64,000 nt of DNA from Mobula hypostoma (taxonomy: Eukaryota): NCBI RefSeq assembly GCF_963921235.1, contig NC_086108.1:100442001-100506000 (forward strand), read 5' to 3'. The notes beneath the pieces were generated by a model that saw only the letters and a list, made by a program, of their open reading frames with translations, searched no databases and was not told the origin of the DNA. Positions 60,552 to 64,000 of this stretch are shown in pieces. Made by a program: the position numbers and the translations under genes. How positions within the stretch are numbered: position 1 is the stretch's first letter; each line of letters starts with the position of its first letter.

Positions 60552-63334
60552 CACCTCTTCCTTGAACCTGGGACCTCTCGTCTCAAAGTCTGGTGCAGAT
60601 GCCACATCGCCACTGGCCGGCTTACCTGTAGCAGGCCCACAACATACTAACCCTAACTCTAACTGTACATCTTTGGAATGTCGGAGGAAACTGGAGCACC
60701 CAGAGGAAACCCACAGAGTCATGGGAAGAATGTACAAACTCCTTACAAACAGCAGCATGTATTGAATGCCAATCAGAGATCACTGGCGCTGTAGATCATG
60801 CAATAACCACTGATACCATATCATACAATATATAATTCTATATTGTATTATGTATATTACAGCTATTCTCCTTCCCCTTCCCACACATTTTTCTTCTGGC
60901 ATCATTCCCCTTCCTTTCCAGTCTCTGCTTGAAACGTCGACTGTTTATTAATTTCCATAGATGCTACCTGACCTGCTGACTTCTTCCAGTATTTTATGTG
61001 TGTTGCTGGGAGGTGATAGGTTGATACCATGTGGGTAGGAAAGGGAAATGGCTGTAGAAGAAGATCTGATAGGAAGGAGAGCAGATCGTAAGAGAAAGAG
61101 AAGGAGCAGGGGACGCAGGGGGAAGGGGTCGAGAGGTGAGAGGTAAGAAACCAGTGTGGGAAAAGAAGAAGAGGGGTGGAAATTAGTTTTAAATTATTTT
61201 TCTTATTTTAGTTAATTTGTGTGTGAGTGGATGAATAAATTTGAGGGTGGAAAGTGTGGAGAACAAGAAAAGGAATAAATGTAAATGAGTATTTGATAAT
61301 TGTTGTGGACCTGTCAGGTTGACGTGCCAATTGCTGTGCTCTGTCTCTCTGTGATTCAGTTAACCTATCAGCATGTCCTCCAGATATAAGAAACCCAATG
61401 GGAACTGGGAAACGTTCTCCCTAATAGCACCCAAATTGAGTACTAACTACTACCCAGCTCTCTGGTTTTGACTATGTAAACCTCCTGCCTTATTATCCCG
61501 GATTCTATTAAAGGCCTATTTCTGCTTCAGATTCTACTCTCCCACCCCAGGTTGTCAGTCCAGAGATCAACATCCCTCTCCCTGTACACTCCCCGCGGAG
61601 TGCTTCAGGGGTACATTTTGAAAATATTAAATTGTTCTGTATAAACCGTGTTGTTACTTGAGAAACAGATCTCCTTACGTTTCCTGTCTCTCTTGTCGGA
61701 TTCCTTGGAAAACAGTTCTTTCCACTGCTTCCCACTGCTTCAGTAATAACTTTACCAGGAGCAAGTTGGCAATTTGAAAATTAATTAGCCTTTATTTAAA
61801 AAAAAACAATGTTCAGATAAAGGGGTCCGCCTAATGCAGTCCTGACCCCTGGGTTTTACACAGTCGTGAGATACGTCTGCACAACACTTCTAAATTGTGA
61901 GAAATGTTTTGCCAGGGGAGAAATTTGGGGCTCCGCAGAATGAGGTAATAGTGGTGATATAAAATTACTTCATTTTGAACAGGAAATTATAATACAACAT
62001 CTGTAGAAGATAACAAAACTCTATCAGTCTTCTTTGGGCTCTCTGTATGATTTCACCACCCCACAGCTTGAACAATGGAGATGCAGCTGGAATTTCTGGA
62101 GATGTGTGGCAATCACACAATACAAATGGGAATTATCAAGACTGAGGTGCAGGAGGTTCATTTGCACTTATAGTAACTCTAGGAGGCATTTATGAACAAT
62201 AAATCACTAACTAGTTTAACCCAGTTCTCCTGGGTTTGAAACACCATTCATTTTACCCATGATGTTTATCAACCTGAAACATAGGATGTGCCGGTGAATT
62301 AGGGTACACGTTATCTCCCATCAAGGTAGTGAGATATCTATTTACTGGATGCCTGACTTTGCATTTCACGATACTTTTTTGGGGAGAGGGGATTCCGGTT
62401 CAGATTTATTTGTCACCCCAACATTGAAACCTACAGTGAAAGGTATCGTTTTGCGTTAACAACCAACATCAGTCATTGGCATGTTAAGGGGCAGTCTGCA
62501 AGTGTCGATGTACATTCCGGCGTCAGCATATCGTGGCTACTGTACTTAGCAGAACAGCACAGAACAAAACAATGAAACAGAACATACTGAGAGACACAGC
62601 AACAACAGCAAAACAAGCCCCGTTCCTCCAACTCGCTCACCCATGCACACACGCAGTCCTCCAGCCTCAGGACAAGCTGTCTTCAGCCTCCAGCAGACTG
62701 GTGGATTCTCAGGCTTCAGGCCTACGACTTCTCCATTGGACTCACAGACCCGCGGCTGTCTGGAGGGGAGGGGAGCACAGTCCAGAATGAGCACATCCAC
62801 ATTCAGGAATCAAGCCTCATCCCTTAGATTCCACACAGAATTTTTAAAAAAAGTTTAAAATGATCAGAACTAGGGACTGTGTGCACATGTCAGTGCTATT
62901 GAATTATCAGTCCTTGTAACAGGCAGAGTAATTAATTTTATTTTTGTGCTTTGCACAGAAGCTACACGCGAGACCTGACCAATATCTGCAGACATAATTG
63001 CATGTTTACTAGGCAATTTTGTCAGTCAAGTCAATTTTGGCCCCTCTGGTAAATTGTGTTTACCTACACTGCATTCCTGAAGGTGAACACCTGGTGCATT
63101 TTCAGAGTCAGCTGAGCACTTGGAATTAAGAAGCTCCTGCAGATAATGTCTCGAAGCAAGATTTTACTATAAGGTTTGTTCTGCCCTGCCCTTATTTTAA
63201 TGAACAAATTAAAATTTATTTAATTTTTTTTTATTTAGAGACACAGCACATTAAAAGGCCCTTCCGGCCCACAATCCCACACCACCCAATTACACTCACG
63301 TGACCAATTAACTAATTAACTGTACATCTTGGAT

Positions 63335-63685
63335 CTTAGGATAGATAGGGTAAATGCAAGCAGGATTTTTCCACTGAGGTTGGCTGGGACTGCAACCAGA
63401 GATCATAGGTTAAGAATGAAAGGTGAAATGTTTAAGGGGAACATGAGGGGCAACTTCTTAACTCAGAGGGTGGTGAAAGTGTGGAACGTGTTGCCAGCAG
63501 AAGTGGTGGATGCAGGTTTGACTTAGCATTGAAGAGAAATTTGGATCGGTACATAGTTGGGAGGGGTATGGAGGGCTTTGGTCTGGGTGCAGGTTGATGG
63601 GACTAGGCTGCATAATGGTTTGATGTGGACATGACGGGCTGACGGGCCTGTTTCTATGCTGTAGTGCTGTATGACTTCCATGACT
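63335..63685 (+). mobile_element. CR1 3' end nested in a minus-strand V-SINE (~63230-63800)
   Basis: IDRVNASRIFPLR..RGNFLTQRVVKVWNVLPAEVV; SINE sequence resumes on both sides. Confidence 0.8.
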
Positions 63686-64000
63686 CCATCTTTGCAAAGT
63701 GGGAGAAAACTGGAGCACCACACGGTTACGTGGAGAACACACAATCTCTTTACAGACAACGACAGAACTGCACATGAGTCACTGGTGCTATATTAGGGTT
63801 ATGTAAAGTGTCAACATCTATGGAAATAATTCCATGTTAACAACAGCCCATGACCTGCTTCCTGTCTAAAACACTTCATTCCAATGATTCTTAATACTCT
63901 TCGTTAGATTTACAAAATACAAACTTTCACGTTCTTCTCCATTAAAATAAATTCCTCCATTTTTTCAGTTCTATATGGCAATTTTTAAAAATTATTATTC

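Larger units (their letters stand above)
60232..60561. mobile_element. 330-bp non-coding palindromic PLE-derived insertion with two intact hammerheads
   Basis: Arms 60318-60424 and 60455-60561 (one mismatch); perfect TSD TTGAACCTGGGACC at 60218-60231 and 60562-60575. Confidence 0.92.
60160..60620 (-). mobile_element. tRNA-derived SINE head split at its B box by the palindromic insertion
   Basis: With 60232-60575 removed, the minus strand reads GCCGGCCAGTGGCGATGTGG...GGTCCCAGGTTCAAATCTGGCCGGCT (A box, B box, acceptor-like stem). Confidence 0.65.

Noticed and set aside
61508..61735. ORF with a donor-like AAAC|GTAAGG at 61679 (minus) and an acceptor-like CCCCAG| at 61550 (plus)
   Set aside because: The signals lie on opposite strands with no matching partner sites, which is expected by chance

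Overview
This is eukaryotic, repeat-saturated intronic or intergenic DNA. It is most likely from a cartilaginous fish (shark or ray), inferred from the mix of CR1 LINEs, HE1/V-type SINEs, Rex1/Babar-type LINEs and Penelope-like elements (PLEs). I recognise no intact host gene. The only host-like signal is a candidate minus-strand exon at 8797-9062. Every ORF I can identify is a fragment of a CR1 RT, Rex/Babar RT, PLE RT/GIY-YIG, Tc1 or hAT transposase. The most interesting signal is non-coding. More than 20 copies, mostly decayed, of a short PLE terminal module carry a minimal type-I hammerhead ribozyme (CAGTC-CTGANGA-stem II-GAAA-CGTC-GACTG). At least five insertions of this module are head-to-head palindromes, from 168 bp to 2.4 kb. 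Three have clear 12-14-bp target-site duplications (TSDs) and two have shorter, decayed ones. In four of the five, one arm carries an extra ~36-40-nt tail. The youngest (60232-60561) has two identical intact hammerheads and no coding sequence. Hammerheads in PLE pseudo-LTRs (pLTRs) are already known. The miniature palindromic forms and their repeated geometry are what merit follow-up. Boundaries of degenerate repeats are approximate and were read by eye.
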